Below are positions 32,767 to 46,611 of a DNA stretch of 64,000 nucleotides, one piece after another. The stretch's first letter is position 1. Every line of letters starts with the position of its first letter. This stretch comes from Rebecca billardiae RCC1528 (Eukaryota > Protista > Haptophyta): assembly GCA_965240325.2 (NCBI GenBank), contig OZ251240.1, forward strand, positions 310,001 through 374,000, given 5' to 3'. The notes beneath the pieces are model-generated. The model ran no database searches. It worked only from the letters and a program-made list of their open reading frames with translations, and was not told the origin of the DNA. Position numbers and translations under genes: made by a program.

Positions 32767-35410
32767 ATGGCGGGCCGTAGGTCCGCCCCTTGTAGTGCCC
32801 GGGAAAAAGATAAGAAAAAGAAAAGGAAAAAAGAAAATCGCCTCGCAAAGAAAAGAAAATCGCCTCGCTCACTGCCGGGTCGCTTCGCTCACTACCGGGC
32901 GCCCCCGCAGCTCCCACTGGGGACGCTCGGCCGAAAACCATACAGGCTGGTCTCACCAGGAACTTCCCGAGGCTTTGGATTTTTTTTTCAGTCCCACTGC
33001 GTCTGCGGAAAATTCTCGATGGCGCCATTAAATCGGCCGCATCGAGAGCTCTCCGACGAGGGGTCGCACGCCTCTGTCCGCCCCGCCGTTGTCGAGATTC
33101 AAACCCCCACCCCCCTGCAAAAAATGAACGGCGCGCGATCTCGGTCCGTGCGACCCCTAGTGGTGTTGTTCACACGGTTGCCCGTACCCCAAGCCCCTCT
33201 CCTCATCCCCACCCTCGCTGTAGCACTGAAACATTGCGTCGTTGTTCTCGCCCGCAGAAGCCGCCGAGCGTTGCGGGTCAACGTGGGACCTGGCATGAGT
33301 GACAGGTGTCTTCATGTCCCACAGCGCGTCTCTCCGATGCTGTCGAGGTATGTGGGCCTCATCGCGCTCGTTGCAACGTCCTTCCTGCGCCTCCCCACCT
33401 GTATCAGTGCCTGACGATGTTGCTTGGAGCACACTCAACCCGCCTTGCCGCCGCACTGTTCAGGGCGGAACTCCTTCGCAATGTTGAAGCGTGCGGCTGC
33501 CCTTGACAGACGTACGTAGGCTCTCGCACCCCCCGCTTCCACTGCGACAGATTCGAATACCTGCTGCGAGTGAGCCAACTGCGACGAAGTGCAATGTGCT
33601 CGTCGTGTTCGTTCGGAGCCGTTCGAGCGGCGCGCAAGTGACAAGTGCATCTGGCGAGGTCCCACCAACAGAGGCAGGGGCTTTGGCAGTAACCACAGCG
33701 ATCATGGAACGGCTCGCGCGGGCGCAGTCATCAAGCAGTGCGCCATGCTCCGCCTCCGCGCGGGCCAGGTCCGCGCGTGGCCGACCTCGTGGTGATGGAT
33801 GCCGCCTGGGCGTCCGAAGCGGCAGAAGCCCGCCGGACTGCGGAAACCCCGACGAAACCTCAGTTCAGCGCCACTTCAGACTGCTCGGCCCACTGTGAAA
33901 ACCACTGTGACGGCGCCTCCGCGGCGGAGCGCCGGGCACGAGGTGAGCGACGCGCGCGGCTCCGCGGACAATTTTGTCGGGGACTAGACCCACGATGCGA
34001 GCGATCGTACTCAGCCGATTCCCCGTGCTCGCCCGCCGCGAGCGCGGACACGTCGGCAGCGCTCGGGAAGTTCTTGGTGAGACCAGCCTGTATGGCGCCT
34101 GGCGCGGAGCGCGTGGGCCGCGCGCGCCGAATCCAACGCCGGCGCGGACATCATGAGGGGATTCCAGAGACGTGTTTTCGCCCGATTCGCGATTGCTGCC
34201 CTCGTCGTCTCGCGTGCAGGTCGAACGGGGCCCAAATCGACCCGTTTGATGCGGTACGCTCGGCGCGTCGACACGATCGTGCGACCTGGGGCGATCCTCG
34301 CCCGACGTGCACGTCGAAAGCTCGCACCGGCCATAGCATCATGCGCTGCGCACGATGACCGCCTCGCGCGATCCACCGTTGCGCGTCGGGCTCGGTGCGA
34401 GAAAGCCCTCATCACGAGGCGTCTCGCGGGCGGGAAGCGCCATCGCACGCGACGCAAGATTTTAGATTTGGCGCGGCCTTCTGAACTCGATCGCCGAAAT
34501 CCGCGCACCGGACTCAGCCCATTGCTCGCGGTCCGGTCCCTCAGCCGAAGCCCACGTCCGGCCTGCATGGCGTCGACGGTGACCAATGCGACGGAAGCGC
34601 AGCGCCAACGGCGTACGACGCGCTGCGGACGCACCTCCCGGGTCTGTCGCCGTGGCAGCAACCGCGTCATCGCGAGTTGGCGACCCTCGCCGCAGCGCGA
34701 CACAGACAAGCCCGTGATGCCATCCGCAGAGAGATGAAACGTCGAGCATGCAACATCGCCGCGCCATGGCCTCGTCCATGGCGCAGGCGCTGCGGGACGA
34801 GGCGGAAGTCGTCACGCCGGTGACGGATGCGCTGCGATTCGTGTGCTCGCGTGAGCAGCGCTTGCCCACTCTCGATCGCGAGTGCACACGCTGTCGCTGT
34901 GTGCGCGCGCGCGCACAACCAACAGCTCCTCGTGCCGCCGAGCACGCGAGCGCCAGACCTGTCGAAGATGCGAAGAGCGACGACCGCGTGAACGTCAACG
35001 CGCTCGTGCTCAGCGTGGTGGCCGTGTACGACGTCAACGCGACCTGCGCCGAGCCCACGGCGGCGAGGCGCTCGATTACGCCATCGCGGTCGATATGCGG
35101 CACATACTCAGCAACGCGTATCCGCGCTCGCGCGGAGCAACGGGCTACCCGCCCCGCCCCGCGTGCTGCACATTCCCTCGTGGGTGTGGGCCTCGCTGAT
35201 GCGCATACAATACTCTAAGAGTACAGACCGTGAAACATGTGTACATCACGTCGGGGAGCCAACTTCACGTGTCACTGGTCCTTGCACTCGACTGTCCGTC
35301 ACCCACGGCCACGAGCGAATGTGGAAAGACGCGAACCCGCAAAGGATACATTGTCATTGCGACAGCACTGGCACGGCCCGCCGACCCCCGCCCGCCAGGG
35401 CACAGTTTAT
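32767..35410 (-). mobile_element. Hairpin-ended non-autonomous element, copy 1 (Helitron/Helentron-like layout), carrying a nested insertion
   Basis: Reverse-complement homology to 49480-50708. Terminal hairpin GGCGGRCC-TAC-GGCCCGCC. TA-rich tracts on both sides. No TSD seen. Confidence 0.7.
32943..34090. mobile_element. Tc1/mariner-like non-autonomous TIR element
   Basis: 29-bp TIRs CAGGCTGGTCTCACCARGAACTTCCCGAG (32943-32971 and 34062-34090), TA on both sides, and absent from the homologous copy at ~50,555. Confidence 0.85.
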
Positions 35411-35421
35411 ATTTAATAATA

Positions 35422-35453
<32 letters not shown>

Positions 35454-35494
35454 TATGTAGTTGATGTGTGCACGTTAAAACAAAGTAAACTGTG

Positions 35495-36073
35495 AGGGGG
35501 GTCCAGATGGTGGGCCCCACTTTGGCGGTGGCTGGCCAGGTAGTGCGGCACGTCCGTGCCTCTGGACGGGCATTGAGCGGTGGCGAGGTCGCCAAATCGT
35601 GTGGCGTGGTCCCAGACAAGGTTGGTCCTAGTCCTGATCAGCTCGCTAGCCGCATGTCGGTCGATGATCGCCTCGCCGTTGACAGGCGCGCACACGCTGC
35701 ACACGTATTCGCACGGCAACAGCGTCGGGTGGTGGTCGCACGACTACCGCGCAGTCAACATTGATCGTCAGACTCACTGTGTGTGGGGTCAGACGGAACA
35801 TTGACTGGCCTGCACCGTCGCAAGGCATACCAAAGAGGTCGGCATGGCCGTCAGAAGGGTGATCCTGGTCCCTACTTACCCATTCTTCCCATGCAAGCCT
35901 CACGCGCGCGCCGCCCGCAAGAGGACGTGGACGTGGACGTGAGAGTGGTCGACAAGTTGGAAAGGAAGCTGTCACGCATGCCCACATGCTTGTACGGCGA
36001 CGCCGACCGGCGTGTGGCATGCCCCCCGGTCCCGGACGTGCCACACGCGGGAAACTTCACTTGGACCCCCCTG
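35495..36073. mobile_element. Possible degenerate TIR-element relic
   Basis: 11-bp inverted repeat AGGGGGGTCCA (35495-35505 and 36062-36072). The right end reads ...CTG-TA as in Tc1/mariner ends, but the left end lacks TA-CAG. Confidence 0.35.
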
Positions 36074-36138
36074 TAGTACTCGCCTGCCTGGGCTGTGTGC
36101 GTCTCTTATTCTTAGTAAACTGTACTCGTCTGATATAT

Positions 36139-36507
36139 GTGGGGTTATTGGTACAATAACTGATTGTCTAAGAGGACGACAAGAACGCCGGGCGCCAGCG
36201 CCGCTCATCAGCCACATCGCCCTCTACCAGACCATCGCCTCAAAGGGCGCTGCTCCCGGACAAACAGTCTGTCCGGGTTTTTCTGCCGCCCAGGAGATCG
36301 GTTTCCGGCGCCGGCCTCTGCCACCTGCTTCGCCAGGCGCGGCGTGCGAGGTGGCTCCAGCCAAGCTCGTCCTGCGTCGCCGGCGGCGGCGGCTCGCACG
36401 CGGGTGGCGCGTCGCGTGCACCGACCAACATCTTTCGGCAACGCAGCGGTAAGCAACGCTCCGCATCGCGCCCCCTCGCGCTTCGGGCCACCGCCTCTTC
36501 TCTCTCT
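36139..36507 (+). mobile_element. Truncated copy of the split-direct-repeat element (A repeat plus start of the internal region)
   Basis: GTGGGGTTATTGGTACAATAAC...TTTCGGCAAC plus ~65 bp matching the sequence after A1 of 36612-38371. Preceded by ATATAT. Confidence 0.75.
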
Positions 36508-36511
36508 ACGT

Positions 36512-38371
<1,860 letters not shown>

Positions 38372-38395
38372 ATATATATATATATATATATATAT

Positions 38396-38808
<413 letters not shown>

Positions 38809-38974
38809 TTATTATTTCTCTCACATCTAATGCTGCGAGTCTGCTGCTATATCAATCAGATCTGCGGCGCCGCGGGTCATCATTTATACTGCGCTGCTAC
38901 GACTGATGCGCTGCTGATGATGCTACTATATATATGTAGTTGTTTCGACTTGTATGATGTGTATAGTAGATCGA

Positions 38975-41900
38975 CTATATAGCTGCATTGTAGTCATCAT
39001 CATATTCATCAGCGCTAGCGCAATTAATTATATGTCGCTGCAGGTAGTCGTAGTCACAAGCGCAAGACGCAGCCAGTCGTAGTTGCAGTGCCAGTCGTCG
39101 TCGTGTTTTCACGCTTTGCGGCGGCGGCACTCGCACACGGCAGTGGGGCGGCAGCGCACCCTGCATCACCACCGCCACCCGACGCGGCCGACGAGGCGGA
39201 CGAGCGCACGGCCGAAAGGCGAGACGCGTGCGCCGAGGCGTAGCCGTGCTCGGCCGCGCGCTCGCCCTGCGGCGCGGCCGCGCGCGCCGCCGCGCCGCGC
39301 GGCGGCACGTACGCGACCGTCGAGGCGGAGCGGTACCGGCGGAGCCACGCGAGCAGCGCGCGCTCGCGCGCGTCGCCCACGCTCTCGCGCTCGGCGGGCG
39401 CGTGTGCCGGCGGCGGTGGCGGGAGCGGGGGCCCGGCGGGCTCGCCGAGCGCGGCGTCGGGCGCGCGCGCGCGCGCGCGCGCCACGCCGCCATCGGCGCG
39501 GGCGCGACGGGCGGCGCCCACGCGCGCAGCGCGCCCGCGAGGTGCGCGTGCAGCGCGGCGACGTGCGCGCGCGGCCGCCGCCCGTCCGCCTCCGCCGCGT
39601 CGGCGAGGGGCAGCCGTCCGCGCGCGACGCCGTGCAGCCCCTCACGCTGGCGGCGGCGGAGGCGCGCGCGCGTGGCGAGCGCGGGCAGCGGCAGCGCGCC
39701 CACCGCCACCAGCCAGCCCGCGCCGCCCGCCGCGCCCGCCGGCACGCCGAGCGCGAGCACGGCCGCGTGCAGCGCTGCGCCCAGCACGAGTGTGTCCGCG
39801 GCCTGCGCGGCGGCGAGCGCGGCGAGGCGGCCGTGCGAGTCGAAGCGCGCGTCGCACACCGCGCCCGTCTCGAGCCGCGCGCCGAGCAGCGCCACGCCCG
39901 CGTGCGCCGCGCACAGCACGCCCAGCAGCGGCGCGATCGGCGCGTACGTGAAGCCTGCGAGCAGCGCGAGCTGGTCCCAGCCCGCGCGCGCGGCGGCGGC
40001 GGGCGCGGGCGCGCGCGCGAGCTCGGCGCGCTCGAGCGGCGTGCGCGCGCGCGCGCGTCGCGCGAGCTTGCGCAGCACGCGCGGCACGCCCGTCGCGCCG
40101 ATCGCCGCGACGGCCGTGCGCACGAGCACGAAGCGCAGCACGGGGTCGGCGGACGCGGGCACGTTGGCGGCGAACGCGGCGGCGAGCGAGAGCGGCGCGC
40201 GGCCCGCGTCCAGCAGCGCGCGCAGCACGCCCGAGGCGAGCAGCGGCGCGAGGAAGGCGCCGACGCGGAGGAAGGTGACGTAGTCGCGCTGCACGTGCAG
40301 CGCCAGCCTGGAGCGCGCCCACGGCGCCTCCAGCCGCGTGTTCAGCGCGAGCAGCGCGTGCACCATCAGCGTGAGCAGCTGGTTGACCGCCACGGCCGGC
40401 AGCACGCCCGAGAGGAGGGCGAGGAGGAGGCGGAGGCGCGCGGCCGCGGCGGGGGAGGGCGGCGCGGCGGGGCCGGCTGGGTTGAGCAGCGCGCCGCCGA
40501 GCGCGTCCAGCCCGAGCTGCAGCCCCACCCCCAGGCTGCCCACCAGCGCCGACCAGAACCCGAACAGCGCGCCCTTGGCCGCGCGGCCGAGCAGCCGCGT
40601 GTTGGCGCGCTCGGCCGCGCTCGGCATCTCCTCGAGAGAGCGCCACAGCAGGTCGCGCGGCTCGGGCGCGGGCGTGACGCGCCAGCCAGCGCCGGAGGTG
40701 GCGGTGGACGACATCGAGACGAGCAGCGGCGAGGACGCCGCCGCGGTGGCGCGCGCGAGCGAGTCGAGCACGATGATCGCCGCGCGCGCGCGCGGCGGCT
40801 GGCGCGGGCCGGGCTGCGCGCCCACGCTGCGGCGCGCCGCGCGCCGCACCGAGCGCGCGAGCCGGAGCAGCCGCGCCGCGCCGCACAGCGCGCACGCGCC
40901 GCGCACGCCGTCCACGTCGCCGTCCGGGTCCTCGTCGTCCTCCCCCTCCTCCGCCTCGTCGCCGCTCCCCGCCGCGCTCGCCGCCGAGTCGGCGGACGAC
41001 TCGGCGGCGCCGCCCAGCGCGCTCGCGCCGCCGCCCAGCGCGCTCGCGCCGCGCGGCTCATCCTCGTCCTCCTCCTCGCTGCCGTGGCAGCTGAAGCCGA
41101 GCGCGCAGCTGGCGCGGCGCGCGGCGGCGCCGTCCGCGCCGAGCTCGGGGTGCGCGCCCAGCGCGCCCACCACCGCCTCGCGCGCCGCGCGCGCCTCGCG
41201 CAGCGCGCGCCCCACCGCGCGCGCGCGGTCCGCGCCCAGCCGAAGCGGCAGCGCGCGCGCCGCGGCCGCGAGGGCCATCATCTCCTCGCGCGGCCTCTGC
41301 ACGAGCGCCGCCGCTCCGCTCGCGGCGGCGGCGGCGGCGGCGGGCTGCCACGCGAGCATGGAGGAGGCGAGGCCGGCCACGCCGCCCAGCCGCGCGCCCG
41401 CCTCGCCGAGGGCCCCGCCGCCGCCCGCCTCGACGTCGGCGTCGGCGTCGGCTGCGGGCGCGCCGTGCCCGCGCCCGCGGCCGCTCGCGCCGAGCGCGCC
41501 CGTCGCGGCGGCGACGCGCGTGCGCCCCGAGGCGAACGCGCCGCGCACGGCCTGCGCCGCGCGCGCGAGCGGCCAGATACGCCCGCCCTCCGCCGCGAGC
41601 CCGTCGCATCCGTCGCCGTCGGGCCGCCCCGCCGCGCCCTCCGCCGCAGCCCACGCGGGCTCGGCCGCGCGCTGGTCTGCGCCGTGCGCGCGCGCCAGCC
41701 TGAGCGTGCCGAGCAGTGCGCGCGCCGCGCGCAGCCTGTGCACATGCATGGCGGTGCCGCCGTCCACGTCGCAGCCGGCCTCGTCGGCGTACGCGCCGTT
41801 AGGCGCGTACGCCTCGCCAGCGCGCGCTCCGCGGCCCATGCACCCGCCCACCTTCGCCGCCACGGCCGCGCACCGCCCGTGCGCGCCGCTAGGCGGCGCG

Positions 41901-42859
41901 GCCGCGCGCCGCGCGGCGGTCGCCGCGGCCTCCTCCACCGCAGCGAGGCTGCGCAGCGAGCGGTGGTACGCGCGCACGAGCTGGCGCAGCCCGCCGCGCG
42001 GCTGCACGCCCGCCGCCGCGCTGACGAGCTGCCCCACGTGCGGCGGCAGCTGGCCCGCCAGGTCGGCGGCGAGCGCGCGCACGTGCTGCTGCTGCTGCTG
42101 CCGCCACTGCTGCTGCTGCGCCCACGCCAGGCTCCGCAGTGGCGCCGCGCGGACGCACGCGCCCATCGCGGCGGCGGCAGGCGCGGTGTCGGGGCACGGC
42201 GCGCGCGGCGCGGTCTCGACGGAGAGCCGGCGTAGCATGTGCACGCCGAGCACCGAGCTCTCGCCGCACACGCGCGCGAAGAAGCGGCGCACCTCTGCGC
42301 GCGTCGTGCCGCGCGGCAGGTCGGTCACGACCAGCGCGTAGTGGTGCAGGGGCGCGGAGCGCGCGAGCTCGTGCACGCAGTAGCGGGTGAGCTGCACGTC
42401 GAACGCGTCGATCGTGCGCAGCGCGAGGAGCTGGCACACCCACGCCACCGCCGCCGTCGCCCACAGCCGCCACGGCCGCGCGTGCAGCGCGTTGGCCAGC
42501 GTGAGGCGCTCGAGGCCCACGCGCCCGCCTCCGCCGAGCGCGTGCACGGGCAGGAGCGGCAGCGAGGCGGCGAGGAGAAGGAGCGCGAGGCGGAGGTGCA
42601 TCTCGGCGCGGCGCACGTGGAGCACCCCGTCCACGCCGCCGTGCGCGCGCAGCACCTCGTCGTCGATCGCGCGCAGCGCGCGCAGCCACGCGCGCACCGA
42701 GCGCGCGCGCGCCAGCGCGCCGTTCGGCTCGGCGGGCGTGACGAGCTCGGGCACGCGGCGGCGGAGGAGCGCGTACGTGAGCACGAAGCCACCCACCTGC
42801 ACGGCCTGCACCAGCGCGAGCGCGAGCAGCTGGAGCACGTCCGTCGGAGGCGACGACAT
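38975..42859 (-). CDS. OSCA/CSC1/TMEM63 (ERD4-like) calcium-permeable stress-gated channel
   Basis: Family-like motifs GVDGVLHVR, LERLTLAN, YALVVTDLP, WRVTPAPEPRDLLW, YAPIAPLL and DSHGRL, with many TM segments. Likely start MSSPPT at 42859. The C-terminus probably shifts frame at the (CG)n run ~39,462-39,482 (alternative stop 39054). Confidence 0.85.
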   Translation of the reverse strand: MSSPPTDVLQLLALALVQAVQVGGFVLTYALLRRRVPELVTPAEPNGALARARSVRAWLRALRAIDDEVLRAHGGVDGVLHVRRAEMHLRLALLLLAASLPLLPVHALGGGGRVGLERLTLANALHARPWRLWATAAVAWVCQLLALRTIDAFDVQLTRYCVHELARSAPLHHYALVVTDLPRGTTRAEVRRFFARVCGESSVLGVHMLRRLSVETAPRAPCPDTAPAAAAMGACVRAAPLRSLAWAQQQQWRQQQQQHVRALAADLAGQLPPHVGQLVSAAAGVQPRGGLRQLVRAYHRSLRSLAAVEEAAATAARRAAAPPSGAHGRCAAVAAKVGGCMGRGARAGEAYAPNGAYADEAGCDVDGGTAMHVHRLRAARALLGTLRLARAHGADQRAAEPAWAAAEGAAGRPDGDGCDGLAAEGGRIWPLARAAQAVRGAFASGRTRVAAATGALGASGRGRGHGAPAADADADVEAGGGGALGEAGARLGGVAGLASSMLAWQPAAAAAAASGAAALVQRPREEMMALAAAARALPLRLGADRARAVGRALREARAAREAVVGALGAHPELGADGAAARRASCALGFSCHGSEEEDEDEPRGASALGGGASALGGAAESSADSAASAAGSGDEAEEGEDDEDPDGDVDGVRGACALCGAARLLRLARSVRRAARRSVGAQPGPRQPPRARAAIIVLDSLARATAAASSPLLVSMSSTATSGAGWRVTPAPEPRDLLWRSLEEMPSAAERANTRLLGRAAKGALFGFWSALVGSLGVGLQLGLDALGGALLNPAGPAAPPSPAAAARLRLLLALLSGVLPAVAVNQLLTLMVHALLALNTRLEAPWARSRLALHVQRDYVTFLRVGAFLAPLLASGVLRALLDAGRAPLSLAAAFAANVPASADPVLRFVLVRTAVAAIGATGVPRVLRKLARRARARTPLERAELARAPAPAAAARAGWDQLALLAGFTYAPIAPLLGVLCAAHAGVALLGARLETGAVCDARFDSHGRLAALAAAQAADTLVLGAALHAAVLALGVPAGAAGGAGWLVAVGALPLPALATRARLRRRQREGLHGVARGRLPLADAAEADGRRPRAHVAALHAHLAGALRAWAPPVAPAPMAAWRARARARPTPRSASPPGPRSRHRRRHTRPPSARAWATRASARCSRGSAGTAPPRRSRTCRRAARRRARPRRRASARPSTATPRRTRLAFRPCARPPRRPRRVAVVMQGALPPHCRVRVPPPQSVKTRRRLALQLRLAASCACDYDYLQRHIINCASADEYDDDYNAAI

Positions 42860-43161
42860 GCAGAGCGCGAGGCTGCGGCCGGGTGGCGATTTGAGACCGG
42901 GCGTCGGGCGAGGCGCGAACGCAAGGTAAGTTCCCCCGGCCGTCGTCGCCAAGCGGGGGGTTGGGCCAAGGGGTGCAACACTGCACTGCGAAGCGTCCGG
43001 TGCTCCCGGAACCACTCGCTCGCCCAATTTCTTACGCGCCGCCATCGTGGCGGACGCCGTTGAATCGTCGCCGAAGAAAAAGCAGCGCTGGCTTCGGAGG
43101 CTCGGGGCTCGAGCAGATTGTGAGCCCGACGGCGGCGCCCGCGGCTGCGCTGGGGTAGAGC

Positions 43162-44527
43162 ATGGGGATCTGCGGATCGACGGGCGCGGGCGACGATGGG
43201 AAGCCGCTCAACCAGCCGGGCAGGCCGCGCAGCGACTCGCTGTCGCGCAAAGAGCTCAAGCCCGAGCCGATGGGCGCGTGCGGCGGCTGCTGCCGTCTAT
43301 TCGCCGACGCGTGGCGCTTCGACAACTTCGACTTCGACCTGGAGGGGGCGGATTGGCGCCACTCGTTCTCGTCGTCGCGGCTTTTCGCCAGCTCCGGCAC
43401 GCTCCTCGCGCTGCGCTTCTTCATCGCCGTCGGCATGACCGTCGTGCTCGCGCTCTCGATGGCCGACTACAGCCACGCGGCCAAGCTCAAGTTCTGGCCG
43501 ATCTACGTCTCGTCGTGGTCCAACTTCCTCGGCATGCTGTACATGTGGATGACGCTCGTGACGCACGTGCTCGCCCTCTCCCTCCCGTGGCCCGACCCCG
43601 ACCGGCCAAACACGCGCACGCCCTGGTTTGTGAGCCTCACCTGGCTGCTGTACTCGGTGGCGGTGCCCTTCTCCGCGATCACGGTCGTGCTCTCGCTGAT
43701 GGGGTACACGGAGGGGTCGAACCACAAGCTGGGGCAGGTGCTGCTCGTGCACTGGGCGTCGGCCGCGCTGATGGGCGCCAGCGTGCTCCTCAACAACTAC
43801 TCGTACCACATCCTGCACGTCACCTTCCCGATGGTGCGGCCGCGCGCGCGGCGCGCCGAGATTGCAATCTCGACGGCGCAGCGCACGCGCGCGCGCGCGC
43901 GAGCGGCCCAGCGTTACGGCCGCGTACACCGCGCGCGCGCGCGCGCCGGCTGACGCGCTCCCCGCGCCGCCCCGCGCCCCCCGCGCGGTGCGCAGCTGCT
44001 CGCCATCGCGTACCTCGTCTTCACGTACGTGTACACGTCGCTTGGCGGGCTCAACCCGCGCGGCGGCCATGCTGTGTACCACGGCTTCGACTGGACGTCG
44101 CAGGAGGTGGGCGTGCAGCTGCCGCTCACGCTGCTCGGTGGCGCGCTGGTCAACGGTGCGCGCGCGCGTCGCAGCGGGTGGGTGGGTGGGTGGGGCGGCA
44201 CGGCGGCGCGCGGCCGCGCGCGCCTCGCCGCCGTGTGCGCTGCCTCACCCCGCGCCCTCCTGCCTCACCCCGCGCCCTCCTGCCTCACCCCGCGCCCTCC
44301 TGCCTCACTCCGCGCCCTCCTGCCTCACTCCGCGCCCTCCTGCCTCACCCCGCGCCCTCCGTCCCGGCCCTGCACCGCACCGCACCGCCGCCGCAGGGCT
44401 GGTGTGGCTGATGGTCGCGTACGTGCGCAACCTGATCGATGACGACGCGTGGGCGCGCATCGCCGCCGCCAACTCCAAGTGGGAGGACCCTGAGGCCGCT
44501 GGCGCCAACGCGAAGGGGAAGGCGTGA
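43162..44527 (+). CDS. Rolling-stone-like (FAR-17a/AIG1-related) multi-pass membrane protein; exons 43162-43833, 43996-44155, 44397-44527
   Basis: KFWPIYVSSWS, LLVHW and AYLVFTYVYTSLGGLNPRGGHAVYHGFDW motifs. Two GT..AG introns restore one reading frame. Confidence 0.75.
44241..44360. repeat. Intronic minisatellite, 6 x 20 bp TGCCTCACYCCGCGCCCTCC
   Basis: Direct tandem copies within intron 2. Confidence 0.95.
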
Positions 44528-45087
44528 GGCCGTGAGGCGCGCGCGCAAGCGGATCAGCGCTGCCGCCGCCGCGCCGCGCCCGCTGGCGCCCTCGCCGGCC
44601 CAACGCCGCGGGCGGGCTGCACGCTTGCCAGAGTGCGACTGGCTGGCTTGAGCCCGATGTCATCGCTACCACACGGGTGTGTGGCACACGTGCTGTCGTC
44701 GCGCATGTCGGTCACCGCGCGCGCCTGCGACCAAGGTGGAGGGATTCGCATCGTCAAGTATGTTTAGTCAGTAGATTCGAGTACGCAGAGACGCGGACGA
44801 GTAATACTGTTATTAAGTCGCGGCTAGATATGCTGCCGTATGCTGCGGCCTCCTGCGCATCACCGCATGGCCCTTTAGATGAGTCTGAACTATATATAAT
44901 TTTCACGCGACGATAGTGACTTCATGAAGGAGCTCACAGTGCCCGTCTCTGGCAGGGGTCAACCGAAGCCAGAGCCCAGTTTAATGTTGGAGACGCTGTA
45001 ACTAGCTGCCACTGTACAGCTGCGCTGCTGCATCACGCGGTCAACGACAATGCGACGCATGTCGCATCGCGGACGACTCACGACGAC

Positions 45088-46611
45088 TCAGGGTGCAGCG
45101 CGCCAGCTGTCGGCACCGCTGGCGGAGGCAACGGGGCCTGCGACCGAGGCCGCTGCTGTCTCGGTGCACCACGCGTTGCAGTGGGGCTTGTGCACCTTCC
45201 ACGAGCTGCGCAGGTGCTCGCGCGAGCAGAAGACCGCCACGTGGCACTGCTCGCACTTCTTCAGACCACGGCCTGTCCGTGCGCAGGTGATGCAGCACTG
45301 GGAGACCACCTCACTCTCTCCAGCAGACTTAGCCAGCACCGTGCACACTGCATCTCTGAAATCGGGATCGAGCTCTTGGCCACAGCGCAGCAGCCGTGCG
45401 CCCTCCTCCACGTCACGCTCCACTCTGAGGCCCTCCAGCGTCAGCTGTCCCAGCGAGACGTGCGCGTGTGCGCTGCCGCCGTCAACAGCCAGGCGGAGCC
45501 AGCGCAGTGCCTCGCCCCAGTCCTGCCGCACACCCTCGCCTTGCCCGTAGCACAAGCCCAAATTGCACTGCGCAGCTGAGTTGCCCTGCTCGGCCGCCAG
45601 CCGGTACCAGCGCACTGCCTCGCCCCAGTCCTGCTGCACACCCTCGCCATTCGCGTAGCGGCAGCCCATATTGTGCCGCGCCCCAGCGTAGCCCTGCTCG
45701 GCTGCCAGCCGGTACCAGCGCACTGCCTCGCCCCAGTCCTGCTGCACGCCCTTGGCTTGCCCGTAGCACAAGCCCAGATTGCTCTGCGCTTCAGCATAGC
45801 CCTGCTCGGCCGCCAGCCGGTACCAGCGCACTGCCTCGCCCCAGTCCTGCTGCACACCCTCGCCGTGCTCGTAGCACACGCCCAGATTGCACTGCGCCCC
45901 AGCGTAGCCCTGCTCGGCCGCCAGCCGGTACCAGCGCACTGCCTCGCCCCAGTCCTGCTGCACACCCTCGCCATTCGCGTAGCACACGCCCATACAGTGC
46001 TGCGCTTCAGCATAGTCCTGCTCGGCCGCCAGCCGGAACCAGCGCGCCGCCTCGCCCACATCCTGCTGCACGCCCTTACCTTGCGCGTAGCACACGCCCA
46101 GATTTTGCTGCGCTAAAGCAACGCCCTGCTCGGCCGCCAGCCGGAACCAGCGCGCCGCCTCGCCCACATCCTGCTGCACGCCCTTGCCTTGCGCGTAGCA
46201 CACGCCCAGATTTTGCTGCGCTAAAGCATTGCCCTGCTCGGCCGCCAGCCGGGACCAGCGTACTGCCTCGTCCCAATTCTGCGGCACGCCCTCGCCTTGC
46301 GAGTATAACACGCCCAGCTTCGACTGCGCTTGAGCACCGCCCTGCTCAGCCGCCAGCCGAAGCCAGCGCGCGCCTGCCCCGCGGTCCACGGGCTGACTAA
46401 GCTCGCCCCTCATGTGGATGTCACCCATCCTCAGCTGTGCGTCGGCAAAGCCACGCTCAGCGGCGAGGGTGTACAGGCGAAAGGCTTCGCGCTCGTCCTG
46501 CGCGATGCCGTCGCCAGCCTCAACTCGCCGCGCCAGAAGGAACGTCGCACGCGCGTCGCCGCGCCCCGACTTGCGCCGGAGGAGATCGACCGCCGCGGAA
46601 GTGTTCGCCAT
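45088..46611 (-). CDS. SEL1-like repeat protein with C-terminal MYND zinc finger, intronless
   Basis: About ten 36-aa repeats (AQxNLGVCYxxGEGVQQDWGEAVRWYRLAAEQG) and a MYND finger CITC..KKCEQCHVAVFCSREHLRSSWKVHKPHC. Confidence 0.93.
   Translation of the reverse strand: MANTSAAVDLLRRKSGRGDARATFLLARRVEAGDGIAQDEREAFRLYTLAAERGFADAQLRMGDIHMRGELSQPVDRGAGARWLRLAAEQGGAQAQSKLGVLYSQGEGVPQNWDEAVRWSRLAAEQGNALAQQNLGVCYAQGKGVQQDVGEAARWFRLAAEQGVALAQQNLGVCYAQGKGVQQDVGEAARWFRLAAEQDYAEAQHCMGVCYANGEGVQQDWGEAVRWYRLAAEQGYAGAQCNLGVCYEHGEGVQQDWGEAVRWYRLAAEQGYAEAQSNLGLCYGQAKGVQQDWGEAVRWYRLAAEQGYAGARHNMGCRYANGEGVQQDWGEAVRWYRLAAEQGNSAAQCNLGLCYGQGEGVRQDWGEALRWLRLAVDGGSAHAHVSLGQLTLEGLRVERDVEEGARLLRCGQELDPDFRDAVCTVLAKSAGESEVVSQCCITCARTGRGLKKCEQCHVAVFCSREHLRSSWKVHKPHCNAWCTETAAASVAGPVASASGADSWRAAP

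Noticed and set aside
33974-35218. ORFs inside the hairpin-ended element and its copy at 49.6-50.7 kb
   Set aside because: No recognisable domains, and frames are not preserved between the two copies.
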